Below, in pieces: positions 23,380 to 36,152 of a stretch of DNA of 64,000 nucleotides; the first letter of the stretch is position 1, and each line of letters starts with the position of its first letter. The DNA is from Azolla caroliniana (Eukaryota; Plantae; Polypodiophyta): NCBI GenBank assembly GCA_043228905.1, contig JBHGNT010000015.1:14570001-14634000 (forward strand), in the 5' to 3' direction. The position numbers were made by a program, and so were the translations under genes. Under the pieces are notes generated by a model. That model had not been told where the DNA came from. It ran no database searches and saw nothing but the letters and a program-made list of their open reading frames with translations.

Positions 23380-24420
23380 CCTACCCCCCCCCCCCTTTGA
23401 CCCACTCTGGGTCCCACCCACGTACTTGTTCACCCAGGCCAAGAACTAACAAATGCTATTGTTTGTAAGGCCCTTCCCTTCAACAACCCCCTAACACACT
23501 TCATGCTCCACCAACAGTTACCACAACCAGTCCATCGTGCTACTCCTCTTAGGTATTTGTTTTCAAGTGGTTTGACACCGTACACTTTTGTATGGACCTA
23601 ATCAACCCATTTCAACTCTCCCATGTACTTGAATGCAAAATGGATCAAGTAGAACCAAGAGAGGAGTGGGAAATTTTTCATAGAGACCAATTTACGGCTC
23701 CTATCCCTTGGCAATTCGTTTTTTGTGAACTATCCCTCCTCTTCACTTGGTTGTACTCATTCTATCCAGAGGTTGTAGTTGAACACCAAGTAGACCTCCT
23801 CCTCCCACATATCTATCATGATAAAATGATGATATGGTTTTCCACCACATTCATCGGTACTCAAGCATAGTCTCATGAGTTTGTTGGCCCCTTCAACGAG
23901 TCACTTGGCATCCAACCACCATAGTGTCTCCCTTTTTATTAAGACAAACAAATTCAGTAGTGGTTTACAACACACCAACCTAACATCCGTGCAACCCTTC
24001 CTTTTTCCCTTTAAACAAGAGTTGACCTTGGTTAGAATACTTTGTTTCTTGGGAAATGTTCTTCAACCCCTCCCTTATTCCATCCCCATCGCAAGCACAA
24101 ACCCTCAGAAAGTAGGGATGCTATTGGTGTTGAAATTTTTTATCGATAAATATCTCAATATCCATGATCCCAACATCCAAGTGGTCATCCACATTTTTCA
24201 ATTTCTCCAAACACTCCTCCAAGCCTACCCTTTCGACATCCCCCAATTCCATTGATATGACCATCCAACCTTGGGGATTGCGTTTGATCTTGATAAAGGT
24301 TGGAGTCAACGCCAACTTGTTGACTTCAGGACGTGCGTTACCATCCTACCTTCTAACCTACCAACAAGATTTTGAAATGATGGTCGACACACAATTCATT
24401 ACAAATCATTGAATAATTGA
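23380..24420 (-). mobile_element. Highly decayed Gypsy-like internal remnant
   Basis: Fragmentary protease-like and integrase-tail-like translations, and a poly-C at ~23384-23395 consistent with a minus-strand PPT. Confidence 0.35.
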
Positions 24421-24614
24421 TTAAATACAAGTAACCCAATTCAAAGAGTGCATTGTCCACAAGCCCATTTCAATTGGTTTGAAAAATTATTAACAAATTT
24501 TTCTTTGCCACAAGCCTATTATACCCTCGGGAGTAATATTGTAAATACACTATGTAATGTACGAAAGTATGATTATAAGTTTGGTAATTAAATTCCCATA
24601 ATTGATGTGGCAAG

Positions 24615-27600
24615 TGTTGGGGAACAAGGTCGTCTATGCGGAAGATCAAGAAGCTTTCGATTGCTGTTGAGTACCTGCGTATGACAGTTTCTAGGTCGTT
24701 GCACAGAGAGAGAGAGAGAGAGAGAGACACAAAAGACTCTTTATTCCACAAAGCAATAATACAACACCTGACCCTACAAGAAGGTTACAAGGTCACTATA
24801 TATAGTGACCGACTTAGGGCACCTACCATTTATGCTAATTACACAAATGGCCCGAAGGGATAGTGTGAATACGTCCATTATACACTTGTATTCGACACTC
24901 CCCCGTAATGGGCGTATACATGGGTTATCTAAGATTACAGGTATAAACTTAGGTTCTCAGACATATCAGTTTTTGTTCGAGTCGGCAGGGTCCGAAGGCA
25001 GAAGACCGAACTGGTCGGGTCGGAAGAGTTGAAGCCGATCATTAAGGAACTGATGTCGGTTGTCGGAAACCATCCTGCTGTGTCCGGCTCTAACCAGACT
25101 GGTTTGTCGTTACGCCCATCTGATGCCGAAGAGACCGAAAGCGGTCTGCCGAAAGACACTTGGTCATTCCATCTGCGACATTGTCGGTTGTGGATATTTT
25201 CTCTAGACCGATTTTCCCTGAGATGACGCAGTCCCGAACGAAGTGATATCGAACGTCGATATGTTTGGAGGCGTTGTGGTGAACCGGATTTTTCGACAGG
25301 GCAACAGCACCTTGACTGTCGCTATAGACAACTGGGGCCGAGTCATGATCGACTTGCCGAAACGTGTGCGCCAGCCGACCGAGCCATAAGGCTTCTTTTG
25401 CTGCGTCGGACGCAGCTACATATTCTGCTTCGGTCGTTGAGGTCGCTGTGCACTCCTGAAGTTTCGACTTCCACGAAATTGCTCCATTGCCGAATTTGAA
25501 GCAGTATCCGGTTGTTGATTTCCGACTGTCTATACAGCCTGCGAAGTCCGAGTCGGTGTAACCGACTACGCCTGAGGTTCGGTTCGGACCGAAGAGAATG
25601 CCGTGGTCTTTTGTGCCAGCCAGATATCTGAACACATGCTTGACTGCGTTCCAATGCGATCGGCCGGGATTGTGCATAAATCTGCTAACGACTCCTACGG
25701 CGTGAGAAATATCAGGCCGTGTCGCGACCATCAGGTACATAAGGGAGCCGACTGCCGGTGCATACGGTACCGACTTCATATCTTCCCCCTCCGGGCCGGA
25801 TGTCGGGCAGTCTCGCTGAGAGAGCCGAAGATTCATGGGGAGCGGGGTTGAAGCAGATTTGGTTGATTGCATGTTGAAGCGTTCCAAGATACGTCGGATA
25901 TAGTCGGTCTGAGACAAAAAAAGATGTCGTTTATCGCGATGCCGACTAATCTTCATGCCGAGTATGTGTCGTGCCGGACCGAGGTCCTTCATGGCAAACT
26001 TCAACCGCAGTTGCCGAATGAGATCGGCAAGTTCGCCCGCGTGGCGTCCAGAAATTAGCATGTCGTCCACGTAAATGATGAGGAAGATGGGTGATCCATC
26101 TTGAGCTGTGTTGGTGAAGAGACAATGGTCCTCATCGCTTTTTGAGAAGCCGATCGATTGGATGAAGTCGTCGAACTTCTTGTACCATTGTCGTGGTGCC
26201 TGTCTGAGGCCGTATAGACTCTTCCTGAGTCGGCAGACTAGATGTTCTTGGCCAGTAGCAACGAAGCCTTTTGGCTGCTCCATATAAATTTCCTCTTCAA
26301 GATCACCATGGAGGAATGTTGTTTTGACATCTAGCTGAATCAGCTCCAGGTTGTCGGCTGCCACTACGCCGAGTAGAAAACGAAGGGTTGTCATTTTCAC
26401 CACTGGTGAAAAAATCTCGTCGAAGTCGACGCCATATTCTTGTCGGAAGCCCTTCGCAACTAATCTGGCCTTGTACTTTGGGGTGGTCGAATCAGACGTC
26501 TCTTTTAGTCGATAAACCCACTTGCAAGGAAGAGCACGTCGGTTCCTAGGTAGTTCGACCAGATCCCAAGTCTTGTTTACCCGAATGGAGTGCATTTCCG
26601 ACTCCATCGCCAGATGCCAGGTGGCTGAATCGACAAATGTCGATGCTTCTTCGTAAGACGTCGGTTCGCCGGCGTCGGTGAAGAAAATTCCAGGAGAATA
26701 CCTCTCCGGAGGTTGCGACAGTCTCTCGGATCGTCGAGGTATGATTGGACTGGTCGCATCGGGTATCGAGGTCGGATGGTCCGAAAGCGGATTGTTCTGC
26801 TGTGCCGAGTCGGGGTTGTCCGAGTCGGTAGTGTAAGGTTCAGCTACCCGTGAAGCTGACCGTGTGTTAAGAGCGGGGCCTTCTTGAAGGGTCGGCACAT
26901 CGGAAAATGTTACCCTTCGGACTTCGATCGGTTTTTCGACTGATGGATTCATAGCCGACTCGTTGAAGACAACGTCCGAACTTCGGACGATTTGTCTGCG
27001 TTCGGGATCCCAGAGTCGGTATCCCATTTCGCCGTCGGATCCATATCCGAGGAAAATGCATTTCCTGGACCGAGGTGCAAGTTTTCGGCGATCATCTTTC
27101 GGAATAAGGGCGTACGCCTCGCATCCGAAGATCCTCAGCTTGTCGTAATTCGGCTTACTGCCGATCCATAGTTCCTGAGGAATTTGAAGTCCTAGAGGTC
27201 TACTTGGCGACATATTGATTATGTGTACTGCCGTGAGTAGAGCCTCTGCCCAGAAGCCATCCGACAGTCCGGAGTGTTGGAGCATGGAAACTATCCGTTC
27301 TTGGATTGTGCGATTCATGCGTTCGGCAATCCCGTTTTGCTCCGGGCTGTGTGGTGCCGTAAATTCACGTCGGATGCCGCGTTGTCGGCAGAATTTGACG
27401 AATTCTTCGGATTTGAACTCTCCCCCATTGTCTGTCCGAAAGCATTTCAGCTTTCGGTCGGTTTGATTTTCTACCATAGCGAGCCAATCGGTGAAGATCG
27501 AGAAGACACGATCTTTGGTGCGCATTGGATAAGCCCACACCTTTCGAGTCGAATCGTCAATAAAACTGACGAAGTAAGAGGCACCGCCTAGAGACTGATG

Positions 27601-30077
27601 CGGCATTGGGCCACAGACGTCCGAATGGACTAAATCGAGAGGTCTCGTTTCTCTTGGTGCTGATGTCGGGTGTGATGCGGCTGCTTGTTTGCCATACTGA
27701 CAATGCTCGCAGAATTGATGGTCGGAGAAGGAGAGTTTGGGGATGTATCCGGCTCTAGATAGATGCGTAATGCCGGCCTTGCTGAGGTGTCCTAATCTGC
27801 GGTGCCATAGTGATGACACAGGAATATCCACCAAAAACAGGTTACCCTCTCTGAGCGTAACATGTAACGGATACAGTGAGTGTATCTTAGGTCCTCTAGC
27901 AAGCAGGAGGTTCCCCCTGTGGAGTGTCCACCCTCCCGAAGAAAAACCGGCACGAATGCCGTCTTCATCTAGTTGTCCGACTGAGATCAATGGCCTTGAG
28001 AGCTCGGGTACATGTCGGACATTGTGAAGTACAAGTGTAGAGCCACCTGCAAGGTTGAGCTCTACTGTGCCGATTCCGATGATGTCACAGTGTTGTGAGT
28101 TGCCGACTCGAACTGAGTCGGAGTGACGGATCGTATATTGCCGAAATTGGGATCGATGAGGAGTCACGTGAAATGACGCACCCGAATCCAAGAGCCATGT
28201 GCTCGATTCTTCAGTCGTGAGCAGAACTTCTGAGCCGACTGGATTTTCGATTGATAGTATATTCGGGTCGTTTGGTAGCACATCAGCTGAGAAGCTGACG
28301 TAATTGATCTCCTCATGCCGGCCACTCTTCTTGTTGTTCTTGTTCTTGAGTGCGCGGCAGTCGGCTTTGATGTGTCCGGGTTTCTTGCAATAGTTGCAGA
28401 TTCGGTTATCCCGTGACTGGCTCCGTCTTCGCTGATTGTTCGGCGGTCGTGAGGAATCTCTTCCTCGTATGTTCGATCGGTCTGTCGAACCTTGTACTAC
28501 GTAAGCGTCGTCTGTTGAGTCTTTGGCGAAAGACTTTCTCCGAGCTGCTTCGGTCAGGATTGCGCTCGTGACTTCGGAGTATTTAATAGCCGTGGTTGAC
28601 GCGTTGCACACGGTTGTGACGAAAGTTTCCCATGATGAGGGAAGGCTACTCATGAGTATCATTGCTCTGAGTTCATCCTCGATTGCCGTCCCCTGAGATG
28701 AGATTTGGGAGCTTATGCTTTCGTACTCATTGAGGTGTGCTTGAACCGAATCGGATTCTTTCATCCGCAAGTTGTAGAGGCGCCGGATCAGAAACATCTT
28801 CGTTGCGGCGACCTTCTTTTCGTAAGTGTCCGACAGTGTTTTCCACAGTTCGAATGCTGTCGTACACGATTGCACCGTAAAGTATACCGATTCCGATAGG
28901 TGCATCCGAATCGTGGCGCGGACGATTCTGTCCAGCTTCTGCCACTCAATTGGTTTGTATCCTTCTGGAGGTTCTTCATTTTCGATGGGATCGATTTGCC
29001 CCTTGACTATGAGATAGTCCTGCATTTGTTCCTTCCAGAAGTTGAAGTTCGATCCATCGAACTTGCGTAGACTCATTTCTGACGAGCCGGATGTTGATGC
29101 CATCAAATTTGGTTTCGGTTGACGGAGCTCGGTTCGGAGTTGACTACGAACCTTGTTGGAGTGCAGCCGGTTGGCTCACCCGATATCGTTCTAGTCGGAT
29201 TTGAACCCGAGTCGGTTCGGTTTCGGATATATGTATTGTTGAACTTGCTCGAATTGACTCCGGTAACTTGAGGGACAGAACCGACTGGTCTTCCCGAATG
29301 TTGCCGAGTCGGAGTGAGCCCGGTTCGCTTCGGATATATATGCCGAATACCGATTATTGAAGCCGATTGTCTGGACCGATTCTGCTTCGGGTGGCTGCAG
29401 CGACGAGAGAGACAGATCCAACTGATCCTCCCGAATGTCGATCAGCCGGATGAAGCACGAATTGGGGTTGTTGTCTTGAGACCGATCTGCACCGAGTGGT
29501 TACAATGAGCGGCGAGCAGCGTTTGATGACCTCTTCGGATGCCGTTTAACCGAGTGGAGCACGATCGTGTCAATGTTGCACAAGGGGATTTCACCTCGAG
29601 TGGTTACGATCACAAGGAACGGAGTACAACCGGCTGGCTTACTCCAGGCGAAGATGATCTAACGCGATGAGGTGCAATCCTCGTTTTTCTTCTTCTTCTC
29701 TCTTCGAATGACGCAGGAAACCGAATACTGTGCAGGCTGAGACGACGGCCGACAGCGGATTGAAGGACCGAATACTGTGCAGGCTCTGATACCAGATGTT
29801 GGGGAACAAGGTCGTCTATGCGGAAGATCAAGAAGCATTCGATTGCTGTTGAGTACCTGCGTATGACAGTTTCTAGGTCGTTGCACAGAGAGAGAGAGAG
29901 AGACACACACAAAAGACTCTTTATTCCACAAAGCAATAATACAACACCCGACCCTACAAGAAGGTTACAAGGTCACTATATATAGTGACCAACTTAGGGC
30001 ACCTACCATTTATGCTAATTACACAAATGGCCCGAAGGGATAGTGTGAATACGTCCATTATACACTTGTATTCGACA
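24615..30077 (-). mobile_element. Intact full-length Ty1/Copia (Tnt1/Tork-like)
   Basis: LTRs 24615-24897 and 29797-30077 (3 substitutions plus microsatellite length difference), 5-bp TSD GCAAG (24610-14 / 30078-82), PBS 29783-29794, PPT next to 24898. Confidence 0.98.
25090..29106 (-). CDS. Complete Copia gag-PR-IN-RT-RH polyprotein (1338 aa)
   Basis: CNYCKKPGHIKADC, LLDSGAS, LWHRRLGH..CEHC, HSDVCGP/TDNGGEF/NGIAER, YVDDML, DSDFAG/TEAEY/DSQGA/ADGMTK all in one frame. Confidence 0.97.
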   Translation of the reverse strand: MMASTSGSSEMSLRKFDGSNFNFWKEQMQDYLIVKGQIDPIENEEPPEGYKPIEWQKLDRIVRATIRMHLSESVYFTVQSCTTAFELWKTLSDTYEKKVAATKMFLIRRLYNLRMKESDSVQAHLNEYESISSQISSQGTAIEDELRAMILMSSLPSSWETFVTTVCNASTTAIKYSEVTSAILTEAARRKSFAKDSTDDAYVVQGSTDRSNIRGRDSSRPPNNQRRRSQSRDNRICNYCKKPGHIKADCRALKNKNNKKSGRHEEINYVSFSADVLPNDPNILSIENPVGSEVLLTTEESSTWLLDSGASFHVTPHRSQFRQYTIRHSDSVRVGNSQHCDIIGIGTVELNLAGGSTLVLHNVRHVPELSRPLISVGQLDEDGIRAGFSSGGWTLHRGNLLLARGPKIHSLYPLHVTLREGNLFLVDIPVSSLWHRRLGHLSKAGITHLSRAGYIPKLSFSDHQFCEHCQYGKQAAASHPTSAPRETRPLDLVHSDVCGPMPHQSLGGASYFVSFIDDSTRKVWAYPMRTKDRVFSIFTDWLAMVENQTDRKLKCFRTDNGGEFKSEEFVKFCRQRGIRREFTAPHSPEQNGIAERMNRTIQERIVSMLQHSGLSDGFWAEALLTAVHIINMSPSRPLGLQIPQELWIGSKPNYDKLRIFGCEAYALIPKDDRRKLAPRSRKCIFLGYGSDGEMGYRLWDPERRQIVRSSDVVFNESAMNPSVEKPIEVRRVTFSDVPTLQEGPALNTRSASRVAEPYTTDSDNPDSAQQNNPLSDHPTSIPDATSPIIPRRSERLSQPPERYSPGIFFTDAGEPTSYEEASTFVDSATWHLAMESEMHSIRVNKTWDLVELPRNRRALPCKWVYRLKETSDSTTPKYKARLVAKGFRQEYGVDFDEIFSPVVKMTTLRFLLGVVAADNLELIQLDVKTTFLHGDLEEEIYMEQPKGFVATGQEHLVCRLRKSLYGLRQAPRQWYKKFDDFIQSIGFSKSDEDHCLFTNTAQDGSPIFLIIYVDDMLISGRHAGELADLIRQLRLKFAMKDLGPARHILGMKISRHRDKRHLFLSQTDYIRRILERFNMQSTKSASTPLPMNLRLSQRDCPTSGPEGEDMKSVPYAPAVGSLMYLMVATRPDISHAVGVVSRFMHNPGRSHWNAVKHVFRYLAGTKDHGILFGPNRTSGVVGYTDSDFAGCIDSRKSTTGYCFKFGNGAISWKSKLQECTATSTTEAEYVAASDAAKEALWLGRLAHTFRQVDHDSAPVVYSDSQGAVALSKNPVHHNASKHIDVRYHFVRDCVISGKIGLEKISTTDNVADGMTKCLSADRFRSLRHQMGVTTNQSG

Positions 30078-30277
30078 GCAAGACATTAAATGTTTTAGGG
30101 CATATTCCTAAAACTTGTCGACTCATTTCAACATCTTCCATGATTCTGACCTAGATGGACATTATAATGACTTTACACAAAATAGACCACTCAAGCTATG
30201 ACAAGTATTGCTAGTCTCTCAACTTCAAATGTCATGATTCACAAAATAACATAATGATCTTTATAGCCATATCCAAT

Positions 30278-33200
30278 TTAACTACTTAAAGAATATGTGT
30301 CTTAGGATATTAATATTCTATGACACACTAGTTACTATACAAGGAGGTGGGGTGGTCAAACAATTGAGTATCCTAGAGTGTGTTCCCACACACGAGAAGT
30401 TGAGTTTGATTCTCAACACACCCCTTCAAACACAACTTTCGGTTGTCAGATGGTTGGTTCGAACCGGTCTTCGGATCGGCTTTGAGATGACTTCGGCTTC
30501 AGCGTCAAAGGGCCAGTTCACTCTTGTTGCTACTCCTGCTGCTCCTTTCTCCCCCTCAAGCTCGGTTGGTTGACGGTCAAAAGGCCCATGTTCGTCGTGA
30601 AGTGGTAGTGCACCTCGATGTGCTTGGTTCGAGCGTGGAAGACCAGGTTTCGAGCTAGGTGGATACTGCTCATATTGTCGCAATAGAGGAGAATTGGATC
30701 CTTGATGGGAACACCCAGATCCTTCAAGATTGTTTTAAGCCAAACGGCTTCGCATGTGGCTACCATCGCGCCCCTTTATTTGGCTTTTGTGTTTGACAAC
30801 GTGACTATCGACTGTTTTTTGTTGCTCCAGGAGATGGCTCTATTGTCGATGGAGAAGACGAACCCTGAGGTTGATCGTCTGTCCAATCGACATCAGTGTA
30901 CCCTTGGAGTCGAATTGGTGTGGCCGAGTTGTAGAGGATGTTGTAATCCATAGTCCCACTCACATACCTTAGGACTCGCTTAGCACAATCGAGATGAATG
31001 TCTCGCTAAGACTACATGAACTGGCTAAGGAGGCCGATCGGGTAACTCAAGTCGGGCCGGGTAATGGTGAGGTAGATTAGGCTTCCGACTAGTTGATGAT
31101 AAAAAGTCGACTCAGACTCTCTTGTGTCTGAGTCGGCGTCTAGCTTTAGATTTCGATCGAGAGGGGTAGTGACGGGCTTACACTGTGTCATCCCAAACTT
31201 GTAAAGAAGATTGAGGATATAGTGCCTTTGAGAAAGCATGATATCATAAGGAGTATGAATTAGTTCTATTCCTAGAAAGTAATGAAGCTCCTTCATGTCT
31301 TTCATTTTGAATCGCTTGGAGAGGAGGTTCTTTATGTGCTCAATATTTGCTAAATGCTCTCCTCCTATGACCAAGTCATCCACATAAATGATGATAAATA
31401 CCTGTCCTCGGGAGTCGCTGCGGATGAACAAAGAGTTGTCGGACTTGGACATGTTGATGCCTTTTGGTGGTGTGATGAAGGGACAAGATCCCATGCCTCA
31501 TTCTTAGTGAGTGCTTGCATACCCTCATTCATCACTTCGACCCATGTAGGGTCCTTCGTGGCTTCAGAAAAGGTTTCGGGTTCTCGGATTGTCGCCACCT
31601 TCATCATGAATGCATAATTATATGCCATGTAGTCATTGTAGCTGAATCGGCTGACTACGTTCTTCTCTCGGGTGGAGCGATGTGGTGCCCCTGGTGTCCT
31701 CATGATGGGCACATCCATTCCACCATACTCACTGTCGTGTGAGGGAGTCGATTCATTTCCATATGAGTCTTCGCACTCAGGCATTTTGGCCTTACCTTTG
31801 GTGTCCATCTTTGGACTTGCCCGCGACGTGCTTTGGTCGTTTGGAGGCTCTTGTGGTTCACTGAACCTGGTTGAGATTGGACTTCCCTCTGATGTGAGCC
31901 TTGGTCAATCATCCTCCTCTACACGTGTCAAACTCAGTTTCGACTATGTCGGATGGGGTTGATTCGATTGTACACCATGATGTCGACTCGTCGAATACGA
32001 CATCCTTACTCATTCGTACCTTCTTGGTGGAAGAGTTGAAGCACTTATACCCCTTTTGCTCGAGTGATTACCCGAGTATACATTTATCTGACTTGGGATC
32101 GAGTTTCTGCCACTTCTCATTGGGAATATGTACATATGCTATTGAATTGAATATCTTGACGTGGGATAGATCCAATTTCTTCCCATAGAACCTCTCATGG
32201 GGGGTAACATCGTGCTCTCCGGATGTTGTGCAACGATTCATTAAATAGATGGCCGTATTCGCCACTTCAACCCAATATGACTTTGGCAAATGTTTATGGT
32301 TCATCATTGCCCTTGCCACCTCAAGTATGTGCCAGTTCTTGCGTTCGGCGACTCTGTTCTACTGAGGTGTGTGTCGGCAAGTAAACTCCCACTGTATTCC
32401 TTCTTGTCGAAGGTATGTTGTAAAGGCATTGGAGAAGTACTCTTTGCTGCCGTCCGATCGAAGGCATCGTACATGAAGATTGGTTGCCTTTTCGACTTTG
32501 TTCTTGAATTTCTGGAAGTGCGAGAACACTTCACTCTTCTGGCGCATGGGATAAATCCAGGTATTTCTAGAGAAGTCATAGAGGAACGTTACGTAGTACC
32601 GACAACCACTAAATGTTGTCGTCTGGGCTGGTCCCCATACATCTGAATGTATTACATCTAGGATCCCTTTGCTTACGTTCCTCTCCTTTAGGAACGGTTG
32701 TCGGTGTTGTTTGCCAAATTGGCAAGCCTCGCACACACATGCAATTTCCTTTTCGGTCAAGGTCGGGAGTCCAATGACGACTCCTTTCGACTGCATTCCT
32801 TTGAGCTTTTGGAGATTGATGTGGCCTATCCTTTTGTGCCACAACTCTATGTCAGCGTTGGCTCTCTGGCCCTTGGTATACATTGCGGATTTCATCTCGT
32901 GAGAGTTGAGGATGAACATCTGACCTTCTCTCTGACTGCAGGCGATAAGTCGGCCTTCTTTTTTGATGAAGCATCCTCCATCGTTGAAGCGAACTTGCAT
33001 GCCTTGTTCGACTATTTGGCCAATTGAGACCAAGTTCTTTGTTATTGTAGGAACATGCAAAAAGTTCTTCATGTAGGTTTGGTTGCCTTCTTCCCCAAAT
33101 GGGACATTGCCGACATGTTGAATGGGGTGAATTGTGTCATCCCCAGTTTCCAGAGAGCTGGGTCGTTTGGGCTTTCATAGCTCTTTGAACCAATCCTCAT

Positions 33201-34641
33201 GGGATGTCATGTGGTTAGATGCACCCGAGTCCACAAACCATACATCTTCTAGTTTGGAGTTGTTGGTCGGGTTGGAGGTTGTCATCAAGTTGGCTTTGTG
33301 CCTCATCATAAACATTCTGCCATGATTGTCGTAATCGGAGTTGGAGGCGTAGTTTGTGAGTTGTCGGCTTGTGGAGGCCGACTCATTCTTCTTTTTGCGA
33401 CACTCTGCCTCATAGTGGCCAAACTTGCTACAGTATCCGCACTGGGCAGACTTCGACTCGGTCCGGCCCAATAGCTCCCCCTTCTTCATGACACTCCGCC
33501 TCACGCGTTCACATCATCTTGTCGATAGTTGAAGTTTTGTTCCTGGGGTTGCCTTTGGTTGTACTAACCTTGGCCTGGTTGGCCCCTTCTTCCATGGCCT
33601 TGCCCTCTCCCGTCGTTCGAGTTTGTGTAAAGCATCTGTCCGTCAGATGCACTCCCTCTTGTTCGAACATGGTTTTCTTCTACCATGAGCATCGATTGGA
33701 GATTGAAGAAGGAGGGAGGATTCTCCCTCGCGAAGACAACCGACCGTATTGCGTCGAACCATGGTGCTAAGCCACCGACGCATATTTGCACCATTTTGTC
33801 ATCGTCAATGTTGACATTGATCGAACTGAGGGAGTCACACATCTCCTTCATCTTCAAGGTGTAGTTGCTGATTGACATATCCCTCTGTTGAATGTTGTTC
33901 AACTCCGGTCGGAGTTGAAGCTTTCGTGCGGCTGTGTTTGTTGTGAATATCTTTTTGAGGTTCCCCCATGCCTCTTTGGGCGTTTTGGTCTCTCAGATGT
34001 AATCGAGCATGTGATCATGGACGCAGGATGCAAGGCAGTACAACGCTCAACTCGCTGCTTGCTCCCAAGCTGGATGGTCGGCATGTGCTAGGTTAGGTTG
34101 GTTTTCGTTTGCTCCTTCGACATAACTCCAATAGCCTTGGCCGACAAGGTATTGGTGCATCTTGTACTCCCAAGATGCGCCTCTTTGGGCGTTTTGGTCT
34201 CTCAGATGTAATCGAGCATGTGATCATGGACGTAGGATGCAAGGCAGTACAACGCTCAACTCGTTGCTTGCTCCCAAGCTGGATGGTCGGCATGTGCTAG
34301 GTTAGGTTGGTTTTCGTTTGCTCCTTCGACATAACTCCAATAGCCTTGGCCGACAAGGTATTGGTGCATCTTGTACTCCCAAGATGCAAAGTTGTTTCTG
34401 TCAAGCTTCTCGGTAGGAAGAGCGTTTCCCATCTGAGTGTTCATGTCGAGCATCTTCTTCTTCTTCTTCTCTTTGATACAAACTATGCAGATTGTTGTTA
34501 CAACGATCAGCCAGTTCTTTAAGAACGCAGGCTTGGGCACAACGCATGTAAAGGCAATGGGCTTGGATCAAGCTACCACGTGCTCTGATACCATGTAAAG
34601 AATCAACGATGATTCTGTGCAGCGGAAGAATTGTGTGTTTG

Positions 34642-34682
<41 letters not shown>

Positions 34683-34972
34683 CTCAAGAGTTATAGAAAA
34701 ACAGTAAAACAATATTAACAAGAAGCAAGAATGAGCCCACACAATACAAGGAGAAGGAGAAGGTGCTTATGTAAGTCACCTTCTCTCTAGGTTCTCTCAT
34801 TAGAGTTGTCTCTTGGGAAAGAGGTCGAGTCTTAACTACTAAAAGAATATGTATCATAGGACATTAATATTCTATAACACACTAGTTACTATACAAGGAG
34901 GTGGGTGGTCACACACTTGAGTATCCTAGAGTGTGTTCCCACATACGGGAAGTTGAGGTTTGATTCTCAACA
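30278..34972 (-). mobile_element. Decayed Copia (Ale/Retrofit-like) with a truncated 3' LTR
   Basis: 5' LTR 34594-34972, PBS 34582-34593, 3' LTR remnant 30278-30418. Fragmented gag/PR/IN/RT/RH ORFs, with an RT deletion near 31460. Confidence 0.92.
33970..34387. repeat. 209-bp tandem duplication inside gag (frameshifting)
   Basis: 33970-34178 and 34179-34387 differ at 2 C/T positions, with ATGC microhomology at the junction. Confidence 0.95.
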
Positions 34973-34973
34973 A

Positions 34974-36152
34974 GGCTAAATGATTTCGCATACTTGATAA
35001 TTTGTAATAGTAGTATATGTTGGAGGGACAATATTATGCTTTGCTAATCTTCTACATGGGATTGGTGTCATAGCAACATGTAATACACCTAAGATGCCAC
35101 TTTTAACATTGGGGAAATAATTTAGGGCTAAATGATTTCACATACATGATTGATAACTTGTAATAGTATGTGTTGGAGGGACAATCTTATGTGTTCCTAA
35201 TCTTCTACAAGGGATTGGTGTCATAGCAATGTGTAATACACCTAAGATGTCACTTTTAACATTGGGGAAATAATTTAGGGCTAAATGATTTCACATACAT
35301 ACTTGATACCTTGTAATAGTACATGCAACACTACCAGTAGGTCAACCATTGAAAGGAAATGTGGCAACTAGTCGTAGACAATGTTGTTATTGCGGTGACA
35401 TGTAGGAAACTACCAAGCATGCTCTCTGGTCACGCTCACTAGTCCAACAGGTATGGAATATAGTTCTCTCCTTATTCCTGACAATTAATGCAGGCTGCCT
35501 TTTCTCTTGGGGATCAACGGTATGGGGGGTTCTCCATTCTAGTCTCCTGTTGTATGAAGCAGATGATGCTCCAGAGGCTATGACAGTCACCAACAGACAT
35601 CTACTTATTGTCTCCCCTTTTCAACAACCTCGCAAGCAAATGCGTGCAATCCATGTATGGAAAATCGTATCTACGATTACATTATGGACATTATGGAAGT
35701 ATCATTGTAAAAGACGGTATGAGTCCATAATTCCTCTTCTCTCAAATATATTGCCGGAATTATGGGGGAGTTTATTGGCAGTTGTGCGGGGGCAATATGA
35801 CAAAATGACAGGCTCTTCGAAGGTTGTTATGAAGAAAAGGAAAAAATTACTGAAATTATGGAAGAAGTTGCATATGTTCACAATCTCCTCTCAAGGACCA
35901 TTATGGAAATATCATCACCCCTTGTCCTTGCCCTGACCATTTCTTTTGTATATAATACTCTATGATTTTACATTTTTGTAGCCCTCCAACGCTTTTCTTA
36001 ATACTAATGAAAGAAATCTTTTTGAAAAAAAAATAAAAAAACTTGTAATAGTATATGTTGGAGGGACAATATTATACTTTCCTAATCTTCTACATGGGAC
36101 TGGTGTCATAGCAATGTGTAATACACCTAAGATGTCACTTTTAACATTGGGG
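34974..36152. repeat. ~152-bp tandem repeat, 3 copies; the third is split by a LINE
   Basis: GGCTAAATGATTTC...TGTTGGAGGGACAAT...CACTTTTAACATTGGGGAA units at ~34974, ~35126 and ~35279 (resuming at 36042). Confidence 0.9.
35322..36041 (+). mobile_element. 5'-truncated L1 LINE with poly(A) tail and TSD
   Basis: zf-RVT-like LPVG..CCYCGDM*ETTKHALW..VW, ORF 35550-35936, poly(A) 36025-36041, 12-bp TSD CTTGTAATAGTA (35310-21 / 36042-53). Confidence 0.9.

Noticed and set aside
25343-29508. Many 60-105 aa alternative-frame and antisense ORFs inside the intact Copia
   Set aside because: Expected shadows of a GC-rich coding region, with no recognisable motifs.
34974-36152. Repeat-spacer-like pattern suggesting a CRISPR array
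   Set aside because: The units are ~152-bp whole tandem repeats without unique spacers, the context is eukaryotic, and there are no cas genes.
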